Source: Longimicrobiales bacterium (GTDB taxonomy: Bacteria > Gemmatimonadota > Gemmatimonadetes > Longimicrobiales > Gaopeijiaceae). From it: a stretch of 64,000 bases of DNA. Below are positions 18,757 to 28,615 of the stretch, piece by piece. The notes under the pieces were generated by a model, which ran no database searches, was not told the origin of the DNA, and saw nothing but the letters and a program-made list of their open reading frames with translations. The DNA is taken from contig OZ241892.1 in the NCBI GenBank assembly GCA_965203485.1, forward strand, positions 736,001-800,000, read 5' to 3'. Both the position numbers and the translations under genes were made by a program. Position 1 is the stretch's first letter; every line of letters starts with the position of its first letter.

Positions 18757-20598
18757 TCACGCAGAGGCCGGGGCGGCGGCGGGTTGTGCTTCCGGACGCA
18801 TGATCTGCCCGCCGTGCAGTCCGCCCGCCTCCAGCCCGGCATAGGGGATCAGCAGATCGGACTTGCGCATGTCCCAGGCGGCCGTTGGACATCGCTCGGC
18901 GCATAGTCCGCAGTGAATGCACAAGTCTTCGTCCTTCACCATGACGCGCGCCGTCTGGGGCAGGTCCTCCGACACGAACAGCGGTTGCTCCGGATGGAGC
19001 AGAGGCGCCGTGAGCCGCTTCGCCAGCTCTTCCTCCGGCCCGTTGCGCGTGATCGTCAGGCAGTCCAGGGGGCAGATGTCTATGCATGCGTCGCACTCTA
19101 TGCACAGAGGCGCTTCGAAGTGGGTCTGCACGTCGCAGTTGAGGCAACGCTCCACCTCGGCCAAGGACTGCTCCAGGTCGAATCCCTCCTCGACCTCGAT
19201 GTCCAGCCTAGCGAACCGCTCCTGCAAGTCCACGTGGCGCATCTTCGCGCGCTGGGCTTCGTCGTAGTCGTTGGAGTAGGTCCACTCGTGCAGTCCCATC
19301 TTCTGACTGACCAAGTTCATGCCGTAGGCGGGCCGGGAGTCCAGCGCCTCTCCGTTGCAGTACGCGTGAATCGAGATGGCGGCTTGGTGGCCGTGCTCGA
19401 CGGCCCATATGATGTTCTCCGGCCCCCAGGCGGCGTCGCCGCCCGCGAACACGCCAGGGCGCGTGGTCATGAAGGTAGTCTTGTCGACCACCGGCATGTC
19501 CCACTCGTTGAACTCGATTCCAATGTCGCGCTCGATCCACGGAAACGCTGTGTCCTGCCCAATCGCCAGAACCACCTCGTCGCAGGGGATCACCTTGCTG
19601 CCCACCGTCTCGCTCTTGAGCCTGCCGCCGTCGCCCTCGCTCCAACGCACCAGCTCGAACTCCATGCCCACGAGCCTGCCGTCCTCCACCACGAAGCGGG
19701 CCGGCGAGTGGTTCTCCAGAATCTCCACCCGTTCCTCGATGGCGTCGTCGAGCTCCCACGGCGAAGCCTTGAAGTACGGCTTGGTCTTGCGCGCCATCAC
19801 CTTCACGTCCTCGGCGCCGAGCCGTTGCGCCGTCCGGCAACAGTCCATGGCCGTGTTGCCGACGCCGATCACGAGCACGCGCTCGCCGCACCGCTCGACG
19901 TGCCCGAAGCGCACCGACTCCAGCCAGTCGATGCCGATGTGGACCTGCGACGGCGCGTCCCAGCGGCCGGGAATGTCCAGCTCCTTGCCCTTCGGCGCCC
20001 CCGACCCGACGAACACGGCGTCGAAGTCGAGGCCCAGAAGGTCCGCCATGCTGTCCACCGGCGCGTCCAGGCGCATGTCCACGCCCATGTCCGTGACGTA
20101 GGCGATCTCCTCCCACAGCACCTTGGCCGGCAACCGAAACTCTGGAATGTTCGTCCACATGAGCCCGCCCGGCTTCGCCAGCTTCTCGAAGATCACGACC
20201 TCGTAGCCCAAGGGCATGAGATCGTTGGCCACGGTCAGCGATGCCGGCCCCGCGCCCACGCAAGCGATGCGCCTGCCGTTCTTTTCGGCCGGAACCGAGG
20301 GCAGGAAGGGGCGGACATCGTCGCGCAGGTCGGCGGCCACGCGCTTCAACCGGCAGATGGCCACCGGTTCGCCGTCCAGCCGCACCCGCCGGCAAACCGG
20401 CTCGCAGGGCCGGTCGCACGTGCGCCCGAGGATTCCCGGAAAGACGTTCGACTTGCGGTTGAGCAGGTACGACTCCGTATACCGCCCGTTCGCCACCAGC
20501 CGGATGTACTCCGGAACGTCCGTGCCGGCGGGACACCCCCACTGGCAGTCCACCACGCGATGGTAGTAGCGCGGGTCCCGCGTGTCGGTGGGCTTCAT
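18757..20598 (-). CDS. FAD/NAD(P)-dependent oxidoreductase, GltD-like, with C-terminal 4Fe-4S ferredoxin domains
   Basis: CQWGCP, GRTCDRPCE, GAGPAS, GVGNTAMD and FAGGD motifs, plus CxxCxxCxxxCP twice. Likely start MKPTDTRDP. Confidence 0.9.
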   Translation of the reverse strand: MKPTDTRDPRYYHRVVDCQWGCPAGTDVPEYIRLVANGRYTESYLLNRKSNVFPGILGRTCDRPCEPVCRRVRLDGEPVAICRLKRVAADLRDDVRPFLPSVPAEKNGRRIACVGAGPASLTVANDLMPLGYEVVIFEKLAKPGGLMWTNIPEFRLPAKVLWEEIAYVTDMGVDMRLDAPVDSMADLLGLDFDAVFVGSGAPKGKELDIPGRWDAPSQVHIGIDWLESVRFGHVERCGERVLVIGVGNTAMDCCRTAQRLGAEDVKVMARKTKPYFKASPWELDDAIEERVEILENHSPARFVVEDGRLVGMEFELVRWSEGDGGRLKSETVGSKVIPCDEVVLAIGQDTAFPWIERDIGIEFNEWDMPVVDKTTFMTTRPGVFAGGDAAWGPENIIWAVEHGHQAAISIHAYCNGEALDSRPAYGMNLVSQKMGLHEWTYSNDYDEAQRAKMRHVDLQERFARLDIEVEEGFDLEQSLAEVERCLNCDVQTHFEAPLCIECDACIDICPLDCLTITRNGPEEELAKRLTAPLLHPEQPLFVSEDLPQTARVMVKDEDLCIHCGLCAERCPTAAWDMRKSDLLIPYAGLEAGGLHGGQIMRPEAQPAAAPASA

Positions 20599-20936
20599 GG
20601 GACAGGAATCTAGTGGCCGGGCCGACGGGGCGCCAATACCGGTGGCGTCGTCACTTGCCCTGCCGCGCCCGGGCGCACTCCTGCGCCGGCCTGGTGCGCC
20701 AATCCACGGGAACGCGCCATGCGCGACGCCATCTACCATTCATCGCGATTTATGGCATGAAGCATTTCTCGTGCCATCCTGCCCGGCGCTTCCATGTCCG
20801 AGTTCGTTGCCTAACGCGGTAACGGTCGAAAGAATGAAGGCCGGACTTCGCTGTGGCGACGTCGGCTTCCGACGCGAGCGGTTCCGCCACGAGCCGGCCG
20901 GCTCATGTCGACGCAACGACCTTCGAGGAGGCTCCG

Positions 20937-23900
20937 ATGACTCTCGCAGTTTCGCCGCCCGCCGCCGCCCGCCGTTTCCGCCGCCGTGGCGCCGTTGCCG
21001 CACTGGCCCATGCACTCGCTCCCTTCGCCTTGGCGCTCGCCCTTGTCGGCGCCGGGCGAGCCCAGCTTGCCGCCGTTGCCCAGCTCCCCGTTGCCGGTCA
21101 AGGCTCCCGGACCCCCGGCGAGGCTGTTCTGGCCGGCCTGAGGCTCCGCCCCCTCGGCCCCGCGTTCATGTCCGGCCGCATCGCCGACATCGCCGTGGAC
21201 CCCGCCGACCGAAGCACGTGGTACGTGGCGACGGCGTCGTCCAACGTCTGGAAGACCGAGAACCGGGGAACCACCTGGACGCCCGTCTTCGACGACTACC
21301 CGTCCTATTCCATTGGGGCCGTGGCCGTCGATCCCAACGACTCCAACGTCATCTGGCTGGGCACGGGCGAGAACACCAGCCAGCGGAGCGTCGGCTGGGG
21401 CGACGGCGTCTACAAGAGCTTGGACGGCGGCCGCGCGTGGGCGAACACGGGCCTTCGCGCGTCGGAGCACGTGGGCAAGATCGTCGTGGACCCGCGGGAC
21501 TCGGACGTGGTCTACGTGGCGGCGATGGGCGGGCTGTGGGCGCCGGGGGGCGACCGCGGGCTGTTCAAGACCACGGACGGCGGGGCGAGCTGGGCTCCCG
21601 TGCTGCAGGTCAGCGAGCACACCGGGATCGCCGACGTGCACCTGGACCCGCGCGACCCCGACATCCTCTACGCGGTGGCCTACCAGCGGCGCAGGCACGT
21701 GGGCGTTCTGGTGGCCGGCGGTCCCGAATCGGGCATCTGGAAGAGCGCGGACGGCGGCGTCACGTGGCGCGACGTGTCCGGGGGACTGCCGGAGGGCGAC
21801 CTGGGCCGGATCGCGTTGGCCGTGTCGCCGGTGGACCCGGACGTGGTCTACGCCTTGGCCGCCGCCACCGAGGATCGAAGCGGCTTCTACCGCTCGCCGG
21901 ACCGCGCCGAGTCCTGGGTCCGGATGTCCGACTACATCGTGGTGGACCCGCAGTACTACGGCGAGCTGTACCCGGACCCCCACCGCATGGACCGCGTCTA
22001 CGCGGCGGACGTGCTGCTCCACGTCACCGACGACGGAGGGCGCACCTTCGAGCCCGTCAACACGCGCTTCAAGCACGTGGACAACCACGCCGTCGTCTTC
22101 GATCCGGACGACCCGGAGTACCTGCTCGTGGGCACCGACGGCGGCATCTACGAGTCCTTCGACCGGGCGAAGACGTGGCGGTACGCGGCGAACCTGCCGC
22201 TCACCCAGTTCTACCGGGTCGGGCTGGACGACGCCGCGCCGTTCTACACCGTCTACGGCGGTACCCAGGACAACTCCTCCGTGGGCGGACCCTCGCGGAC
22301 GGCCAACATCCACGGCATCCGCAACAGCGACTGGTTCGTGACGCGCGGGGGCGACGGCTTTCAGGTGCGGGTCGAGCCCGGCAACCCGAACATCGTCTAC
22401 ACCCAGTCGCAGTACGCGGGCATCGTGCGCTACGACCGGGCCAGCGGCGAGACCGTGGACGTTCAGCCCCAGCCGGAAGCCGGAGAAGGCGCATTGCGCT
22501 GGCACTGGGACGCGCCGCTGGCGATCAGCCCGCACAATCCGCGCCGGGTCTGGTTCGCCGCCCAGAAGCTCTTCCGCTCCGACGACCGGGCCGGCAGCTG
22601 GACCGCCGTCAGCGGAGACCTGAGCCGCGGGCTGGACCGGAACCAGCGGCCCGTGATGGGACGAATCTGGCCGCCGGAGGCCGTGTGGAAGAACGTCTTC
22701 ACGTCTCCCTACGGGACCATCGTGGCGCTGGACGAGTCGCCGCTCGCCGAAGGGCTGCTCTACGTGGGCACGGACGACGGGCTGGTGCAGGTGAGCGAGG
22801 ACGGCGGCGGCGCTTGGCGGCGGCACGAGGAGTTTCCCGGCGTCCCCGCTATGGCCTACGTGGCCGACGTGGTCGCCTCGCGCCACTCCCCGGACCGCGT
22901 CTACGCCGTCTTCAACAACCACAAGGAGGGGGACTTCCGGCCGTACGTGGCCCGGAGCGAAGACCGAGGAGCGACATGGCGGGACGTCGCGGGCGACTTG
23001 CCGGAGGGACAGGCGGCGTGGACTCTGGCCGAGGACCACGTGGACCCGAACCTGCTGTTCCTGGGGACGGAGTTCGGCCTCTTCGCGACCTTCGACGGAA
23101 CGGCCCCGGGCGGTCGCGGGCCGGACGGCGGCCCCTCGTGGGTGCGGCTGAACGGCGGCCTGCCCACGATCGCCGTGCGGGACCTGGAGATCCAACGGCG
23201 CGAGAACGACTTGGTCTTGGCGACGTTCGGTCGCGGCTTCTACGTGCTGGACGACTACTCGCCGCTGCGCTTCATGGGCGAGGCGCTGGCAACGGAACGG
23301 ACCTACTTGTTTCCGGTGAAGGACGCGTGGGCCTACGTCCCGAGCCGGCCCATGGGCGGACAGGAGAAGGGGACGATGGGCGACGCCTTCTTCGCCGCGC
23401 CGAACCCGCCCTTCGGCGCCGTCTTCACCTACTATCTCCCGCGCGACCTGGAGTCGGCCAAGGAACGCCGCAAGCGGGAGGAGCGCGAGCGGCTGGCCCG
23501 CGGGGAGGAGATCGCGTACCCCGAGCGGGCCGCGCTGGCGGCCGAGGACGTGGAGAGGCCGCCGGAGATGCTGCTGGTGGTGTCCGGCGAGGCAGGCGAA
23601 GTCGTGCGGCGAATTCCCGGTCCGCGCCGGGCGGGGCTCCACAGGGTGGCGTGGAACCTGCGGTACGCCTCGACTGCGCCGCCCCGGCCCGGCAACGGGG
23701 AAAGGGACGGCCCCATGGTCGCGCCCGGCGTCTTCTCGGTTCGGCCGGTCGTCGTTCGCGCGGGGGAGCACGAGGAGCAGGCCCCGCCCCGGTCGTTCCG
23801 CGTCGTGCCCCTCGGGACGGCCACTCTGCCCGCCGCCGACCGGGACGCCCTCCTCGCCTTCCAGCGGGAGGTGGCGGCCCTCCAGCGCGTCGCGCTCGCC

Positions 23901-24323
23901 GTGGAGCGGGCGGCTCGGGAGACCGGCGAGCGTCTCGGCCTCCTTCGTCGCGCCGTCCGCGCGGGAGCGGGCCTGGACGCGGCTTCCTACGAGCCGCGCA
24001 TCGCCGCCATCGAGGCTCGCCTCTTCGACCTCCGCCGCGTCCTCTCCCGCGACCGCTCGGCCCTCGACCGGGCCGAGTTCGCGCCCCCGTCGGTCATCGA
24101 CAGGATCGGGCGCGTCGCGCGGACCGGCTTCACCGCCACGTCCGCGCCCACCACGACTCACCGGGCCAGCCTGGCGGTGGCGTCGGACCAACTGGCCAGC
24201 GTGTCGGAAGCGTTGCGCGCACTGGTGGAAGAGGAACTGGGCGCGCTCGAAAGGGAGCTGGAAGCCGCCGGCGTCCCTTGGACCCCCGGGCGACCGATCC
24301 CCCGGTGGCCGCCGCCCGCCTAG
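20937..24323 (+). CDS. Secreted VPS10/BNR (Asp-box) repeat glycosyl hydrolase-like protein
   Basis: GAGGAG RBS and a signal peptide; LRPLGPAFMSGRIADIAV; many S.DGG.TW Asp-boxes; GGTQDN; ATFGRGFY. Confidence 0.88.
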   Translation: MTLAVSPPAAARRFRRRGAVAALAHALAPFALALALVGAGRAQLAAVAQLPVAGQGSRTPGEAVLAGLRLRPLGPAFMSGRIADIAVDPADRSTWYVATASSNVWKTENRGTTWTPVFDDYPSYSIGAVAVDPNDSNVIWLGTGENTSQRSVGWGDGVYKSLDGGRAWANTGLRASEHVGKIVVDPRDSDVVYVAAMGGLWAPGGDRGLFKTTDGGASWAPVLQVSEHTGIADVHLDPRDPDILYAVAYQRRRHVGVLVAGGPESGIWKSADGGVTWRDVSGGLPEGDLGRIALAVSPVDPDVVYALAAATEDRSGFYRSPDRAESWVRMSDYIVVDPQYYGELYPDPHRMDRVYAADVLLHVTDDGGRTFEPVNTRFKHVDNHAVVFDPDDPEYLLVGTDGGIYESFDRAKTWRYAANLPLTQFYRVGLDDAAPFYTVYGGTQDNSSVGGPSRTANIHGIRNSDWFVTRGGDGFQVRVEPGNPNIVYTQSQYAGIVRYDRASGETVDVQPQPEAGEGALRWHWDAPLAISPHNPRRVWFAAQKLFRSDDRAGSWTAVSGDLSRGLDRNQRPVMGRIWPPEAVWKNVFTSPYGTIVALDESPLAEGLLYVGTDDGLVQVSEDGGGAWRRHEEFPGVPAMAYVADVVASRHSPDRVYAVFNNHKEGDFRPYVARSEDRGATWRDVAGDLPEGQAAWTLAEDHVDPNLLFLGTEFGLFATFDGTAPGGRGPDGGPSWVRLNGGLPTIAVRDLEIQRRENDLVLATFGRGFYVLDDYSPLRFMGEALATERTYLFPVKDAWAYVPSRPMGGQEKGTMGDAFFAAPNPPFGAVFTYYLPRDLESAKERRKREERERLARGEEIAYPERAALAAEDVERPPEMLLVVSGEAGEVVRRIPGPRRAGLHRVAWNLRYASTAPPRPGNGERDGPMVAPGVFSVRPVVVRAGEHEEQAPPRSFRVVPLGTATLPAADRDALLAFQREVAALQRVALAVERAARETGERLGLLRRAVRAGAGLDAASYEPRIAAIEARLFDLRRVLSRDRSALDRAEFAPPSVIDRIGRVARTGFTATSAPTTTHRASLAVASDQLASVSEALRALVEEELGALERELEAAGVPWTPGRPIPRWPPPA

Positions 24324-24533
24324 CCCGCCCGTCGATGGCCGTGTTGCCGCCCTCGACCGCCGGACCGGCGTGGACTGCGACTTATTGTCCGACGATGAAC
24401 GCCCTGCCCTGCGAACGGTCATCGAACGCTGTCCCCAATGGCCCCCACCGCCCGCGCCGTACACGCCGTTCGCGAACGAGACGGTGTTATTGTTGCGCCT
24501 GAACCCGGCGACCCCTCTGCCAAGGAGACGAAA

Positions 24534-24725
24534 GTGCACATCCTGATCGACCTCGCCTCTCGACATCCCGCGAGAGAAACTGTAGAAATGCCGCTCGGCG
24601 CCGTCTACGACTCCGTTCGCGGCTACTGGGTCAAGGACGGCAAGCCAATGGTATCGAATCCGGCATATCGGGCTGCAACGAAGAAGCGCGATATCGAGAC
24701 AGGGGAAGACCTGAAGGGGACATGA
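24534..24725 (+). CDS. Putative ATP-grasp-modified RiPP (graspetide) precursor peptide, 63 aa
   Basis: AAGGAG RBS and GTG start. MHILIDLAS...YDSVRGYW...PMV... leader, with a C-terminal TKKRDIETGEDLKGT core rich in T/K donors and D/E acceptors. Its stop overlaps the ATG of an ATP-grasp gene (ATGA). Confidence 0.75.
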   Translation: MHILIDLASRHPARETVEMPLGAVYDSVRGYWVKDGKPMVSNPAYRAATKKRDIETGEDLKGT

Positions 24726-25007
24726 CGGACGGTCGAAGGCCCGAGGTGCTGGTTCTCTCCAATCTGTACGACCTAGCTGCGGACATGGTGATCGCCAATT
24801 TGGAGACGGCTGGTGTGCCCTACCTCCGCCTGAATCGACAGGCGTTGGCCCACCATCGCGTCACCGTCGATCCCTCGGGTCCGCTAATGATGGTCACGGG
24901 CCCGGTCGGCCGACATGTCGTGCGGAACCCACGCTCGGTATGGTACAGAGCTCCAGTCTTTGATCGAGATGCATCTGGCTTGCCGTTGTCCGTAGATGAG
25001 CAACTGG

Positions 25008-26651
25008 CTAGGAGTCTGTAGGCCGTAGGGAAGGGGCCGGGGCGTAGCAGACGGGGCGGCGGGCAGGCGTTAGGCGGACGGGTCGGGCGATGGGCGGCAT
25101 GGGGCGTCGGCGGGCGTGCAACGGACGACGCGAGGCCGATTTTGGGCGGGAAAGGGCGCGCGGGGCGTGCGGAGCGTCGCGTTTGGGCGCACGACGCCTG
25201 GGGGGCGTACGGTTCGCGAAGAGCTTGAGCAGGTTGTGGCAGGCGCAGACCAGCGCCCACTCGGCCTCGACCGCCTCGAGTCTTCGGAACGAGAAGCGCC
25301 GAAAGCCGCGCGCCTGCTTGATCTGGCCATTGACCGGCTCGACGACGGCCTTGCGGCGCGCGTACAACGCTCGTCCGTCCTCGCTGGCGACCCGGGCCCG
25401 CATCCGCTCCCGTGGCGACGCGTCCTGCCGCGCGGCGGCGTCCGTTTTCGGAGATGTCCCTTGGGGCTTGCGCGCCGTCGCGACCCAGGCCTCCGTCCCC
25501 AGGGCGCGCGCTTGCGCCTCGACGCCCGGACGCCAGTATCCGGCGTCGGCCGTCGCGTTCGCCGGCGCCTCGCCCAGGTTCGCCCTGGCCCGCTCGAGCA
25601 CCGGCTCCAGATTGCGGCAGTCGGCCGGCTGGTTCGTCACGCCGTGCGCCACGACGACCTGCGCGGCGTCGTCGACCGCCAGTTGCGCGTTGTACGCCTG
25701 CACGAATCCGTGCGCCCCCATCATGATGTGGCTCTCCGGGTCCGTGAAGTTGCATTGCGCCCCGCCGACCGGTCGCCCGCCCGGCGTCGCCGGCGTCTCC
25801 TTGCGCGGCAACTGTCCCGGCTCGCTCGCGGACGCGCCGCCTTGCGGGTCCAGCGCGTCCGCACGCGCCCGCCGCCGCGCCGCCTTCGTGCGCAATCCCT
25901 TCGCCACGACCGAACTCCCACAGCGCGCCGCCGTCCGCTCCATGCCCTGCGCTTGTGCCCGCAACTTGCGCGCCCGCGCCCGCCGCGCCTCGTCCTCCAA
26001 TCGCGCCTTCGCTTCCCGGATCCGCGCCAGCCGGCCCTCGCGCCGGCTCAGCGCCTCCGGCAATCCCTCCGCGCTTCCCTCCCCCTGCGACTCGGCCCGG
26101 TCCGCCGCTTCCGCCTCCGCCAGCATCCGCGCCACCTCCTCGGCCAACCGCTTCTCTTCGGCCACCATGCGCGCATAGCTCATCGCCTTGTGCTTGCTCG
26201 CGTTCGCCTCGACCTTCGTCCCGTCCACCGCCACGTGCTTCAGCTTCACCAGCCCCGCCGCCCCGCACAGCTTCAGCACCTCCACGAACAAGCGCTCGAA
26301 GCGCTTGCGGTGCACACGGCGAAACTCGTTGATCGTCGTGAAGTGCGGCTCCGCGTTGCCCGTCAGCACACGAAACGCCACATGCTCCCGGCACGCCCGA
26401 GCCATGCGCCGCGACGAGTACACGCCCGAGCTGTACGCGTACACCAGCAACGCCACCATCATCCTCGGATCGTACGGCCGCTGGCCCCGCGCGTCCTTCG
26501 CCTGAACCGCCGCCTCGATCCCCGAAATGTCCAGCTCCGACACCACGTCCAATACGAACCACACCAAGTGGTCCTCCGGCAACCAGTCCCGCATCGACGG
26601 CGGCATCAGGTACAGCTGGTCCAGCCTCCACGCCTGGTACTGCTTCTTCAC
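25008..26651 (-). CDS. IS1182-family DDE transposase
   Basis: LPEDHLV, G..PYDPRMM..LL.YAY..G..SSR, VAVDGTK..ANAS, N.TDPES, YN.Q, ADAGY and Y..RK..VEPV.G.IK motifs. Confidence 0.93.
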   Translation of the reverse strand: MKKQYQAWRLDQLYLMPPSMRDWLPEDHLVWFVLDVVSELDISGIEAAVQAKDARGQRPYDPRMMVALLVYAYSSGVYSSRRMARACREHVAFRVLTGNAEPHFTTINEFRRVHRKRFERLFVEVLKLCGAAGLVKLKHVAVDGTKVEANASKHKAMSYARMVAEEKRLAEEVARMLAEAEAADRAESQGEGSAEGLPEALSRREGRLARIREAKARLEDEARRARARKLRAQAQGMERTAARCGSSVVAKGLRTKAARRRARADALDPQGGASASEPGQLPRKETPATPGGRPVGGAQCNFTDPESHIMMGAHGFVQAYNAQLAVDDAAQVVVAHGVTNQPADCRNLEPVLERARANLGEAPANATADAGYWRPGVEAQARALGTEAWVATARKPQGTSPKTDAAARQDASPRERMRARVASEDGRALYARRKAVVEPVNGQIKQARGFRRFSFRRLEAVEAEWALVCACHNLLKLFANRTPPRRRAPKRDAPHAPRALSRPKSASRRPLHARRRPMPPIARPVRLTPARRPVCYAPAPSLRPTDS

Positions 26652-26755
26652 TCGACCCCCCCGTTGAAGAATCGCTCGCCTCCCCCGCACACCCCCAATA
26701 TTGCCCCCCCGCCACATCCCGCCACAAGAAGAAACGAGCTATGCGCTACAGGCTC
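25012..26755 (-). mobile_element. IS1182-family insertion sequence
   Basis: Imperfect terminal inverted repeats (GAGTCTGTAG.. / ..CTACAGGCTC) and a 4-bp target duplication CTAG at 25008-25011 and 26756-26759. Confidence 0.9.
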
Positions 26756-26962
26756 CTAGGACACAATGGATGGCCTTCATCAGATCGATGTCGGTTTTTG
26801 GGCAGGCTCGTTGGATGAATCATCCGTCCGCGACGTATTCGGCGGAATCGAAACCATATCAGCTGGCTGTTGCCAACGATGTCGGCTCTGCGTTGGTTTG
26901 ACTGGCAGGGTTATGCCGGTCACCGGATCGGCAGGACTTGGCCTAGCGTAGCGTAGTCTTTG

Positions 26963-27451
26963 GTCCTATCTGGCGCGCTTCGACACGGTGGTCAAGCCCA
27001 CGCGCCTTTCGGGACCCGCCTTGGAGGCGCTGGCGTGGCCTACCGGTAGCCGATCAGCCGCATCGAGTATCAAGTACGTGCGCGGAGTCAAGTCCTCCGG
27101 CGTGATCCGCACCCTGCTGGACCGGGAGCTGATCCATGTTGCCGGAAGGGGCGAGGGCGTTGGTCGTCCCGTCCTCTACGGCGCCGCGGCGCTTCTACGG
27201 AGCGCTTCGGCTTCGCGTCGCCGGAGGACTTGCCCCGGTCGGAGGAGTTGCCGGTCGTGCTCCGCGACCGGGCCCGGTTGACCGACACGGAAGCGGCGGA
27301 TTGGGCGCCGGGCGAGGGGGAAGGGGAGGCCGAGGCCGCGCCGCGGCGAGAAGACCCGGTGGCCGCAGTCCTGGCCCATGCGGAAAATGTCGGCGGAGAC
27401 GTTGCCGCCGATGTTGCGGAGTCGGGTCGTCGCCCGGGGGACGAGGGTTGA
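26963..27451 (+). pseudogene. scpB: SMC-Scp complex subunit ScpB, 5'-truncated and frameshifted
   Basis: RLSGPALEALA.VAYR*PISR..I.YVRGV.S...IRTLLDRELI...GR....GRPVLYG...FG....DLP, spread over several frames. Confidence 0.8.
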
Positions 27452-27710
27452 GTCGTCGGCACAGGGGCCTTCGCGGGCCGAGCGGCAACCCGACTTCGGG
27501 ACGCGAAGCGCGACAGGGCTCCCGCACCGCGGTCCCGACCGCTTCTCCGGCCCCGCGGCGCAGCCGCATCCAGCGCTACCTGTCCCAGGCCGGCGCGGCT
27601 TCCCGCAGACAGGCCGAGGTCCTCATCGGCGAGAGACGGTGTCCGTCAACGTCCGGTTGCGGAGATGGGCGTGCGGGTAGTCCCGGACAGGACGTGGTGG
27701 GCGGTGTACG
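27448..27710 (+). pseudogene. rRNA pseudouridine synthase (RluB/RsuA family) N-terminal S4 remnant
   Basis: RIQRYLSQAGAASRRQAEVLI..RVSVN.../EMGVRVVPGQDVV follows scpB, matching the conserved scpB-rluB gene order. The catalytic domain is missing. Confidence 0.7.
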
Positions 27711-27858
27711 GCCGCGTGGCGGCGAAGCCGCGCACCGCCCGCGCCGCGCCCGATTCCCCGGTCCGTCGCGTCGTGACCGGATTGGAGGGCCAGTCCCGAG
27801 GGGGCGGCGCTCGCCGTGACGGGTTGCCATGCGGCGCCCTGCTGAGCTAATGTTCGTC

Positions 27859-27936
27859 GGGCCCATAGCTCAAGCGGTTCGGTTGGAGTAGCGGGCCCAT
27901 AATCCGACGGTCGGGGTTCAAGTCCCTCTGGGCTCA
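27859..27936 (+). tRNA. Degenerate tRNA with CAT anticodon (Ile2/Met-like), probable pseudo-tRNA
   Basis: Acceptor stem GGGCCCA/TGGGCTC, D stem GCTC/GAGT, anticodon loop CCCATAA and T loop TTCAAGT. Defects: duplicated CGGTT in the D loop, C instead of U33, a 4-nt 5' T-stem, and no encoded CCA. Confidence 0.65.
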
Positions 27937-28063
27937 TTCCCGTTCGCGAGGAACACGCTATCTCTCGCCGAGAACACGCATCGCCGCCCAGGACACGCCG
28001 CAGCCCCCGAGACAAGAGGAACGCGCGTTGATCGATCCGTTGCCTGCGCCGGGGCGCACCTTC

Positions 28064-28441
28064 ATGCGGGGCACGCCCCGCCTGCCAGGTCGCCGCTCCG
28101 CAAGGCCGGACGCTCGCAGGTTCGCCCTGCTTGCCGTCGTCACCGTCATGATTGCGACGACGGGCGCGACGGTCGTCCTCGACGTGCTTGCCGACCAGGG
28201 CGGGTTCGGGATCCCAGCGCATGTGGAGTCGCCCGACGGGGACTGCCCGTGGGCTCACAACCACGGCTTCTGCCAAATGGTGCGCTCGCTGTCGGCCGTC
28301 GTGTCCGCACCGAACGGTACGCTCGAGGCGTCGCCTGCGCCGGCCAGGCTCGTTTCTCTTCCGGGCGTTTCCAAACGCGATCCTTTCCGACTGACGTTCC
28401 TGACGGACTGCGTCGTCCCCCGAGGTCCGCCGCTCGTCTGA
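28064..28441 (+). CDS. DUF2946-like small membrane/leader protein with His/Cys cluster and C-terminal RGPP
   Basis: One hydrophobic segment, then HVE.....C...HNH..C, ending in PRGPPLV*. It lies directly upstream of a TonB-dependent receptor. An alternative TTG start is at 28028. Confidence 0.7.
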   Translation: MRGTPRLPGRRSARPDARRFALLAVVTVMIATTGATVVLDVLADQGGFGIPAHVESPDGDCPWAHNHGFCQMVRSLSAVVSAPNGTLEASPAPARLVSLPGVSKRDPFRLTFLTDCVVPRGPPLV

Positions 28442-28615
28442 CTGCTGCAGCAGTCCCCCACGCAGCAAGTCCTGCCCGCGAACGGTGCCGAGGCCGGGTC
28501 GGCCTTTGGGTCGTCGCTTGGTCTTCCGGCAGGGCGTCCAGCACGTTCGCTTTGGCGGTTCTCGCTTCCCCGACGACGGGGGCGGGCGCCGCTCGGAACC
28601 TCGGAGAAGTCGTAG

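Larger units (their letters stand above)
24722..26901 (+). pseudogene. ATP-grasp (MvdC/MvdD/RimK-like) peptide ligase, interrupted by IS1182 and 3'-truncated
   Basis: The N-terminal part reads VLVLSN..D..ADMV..L...GVPYLRLN...SVWYR. Removing the IS and one CTAG restores the frame: ...DEQLAR|TQWMAFIRSM...WMNHP......ESKPYQL..A...G, a typical ATP-grasp segment. It stops at 26901, before the catalytic domain. Confidence 0.85.

Noticed and set aside
20582..24566. Long overlapping ORFs (1306 aa on +, 1251 aa on -) across the BNR hydrolase
   Set aside because: Frame and antisense shadows of a high-GC gene; no recognisable motifs.
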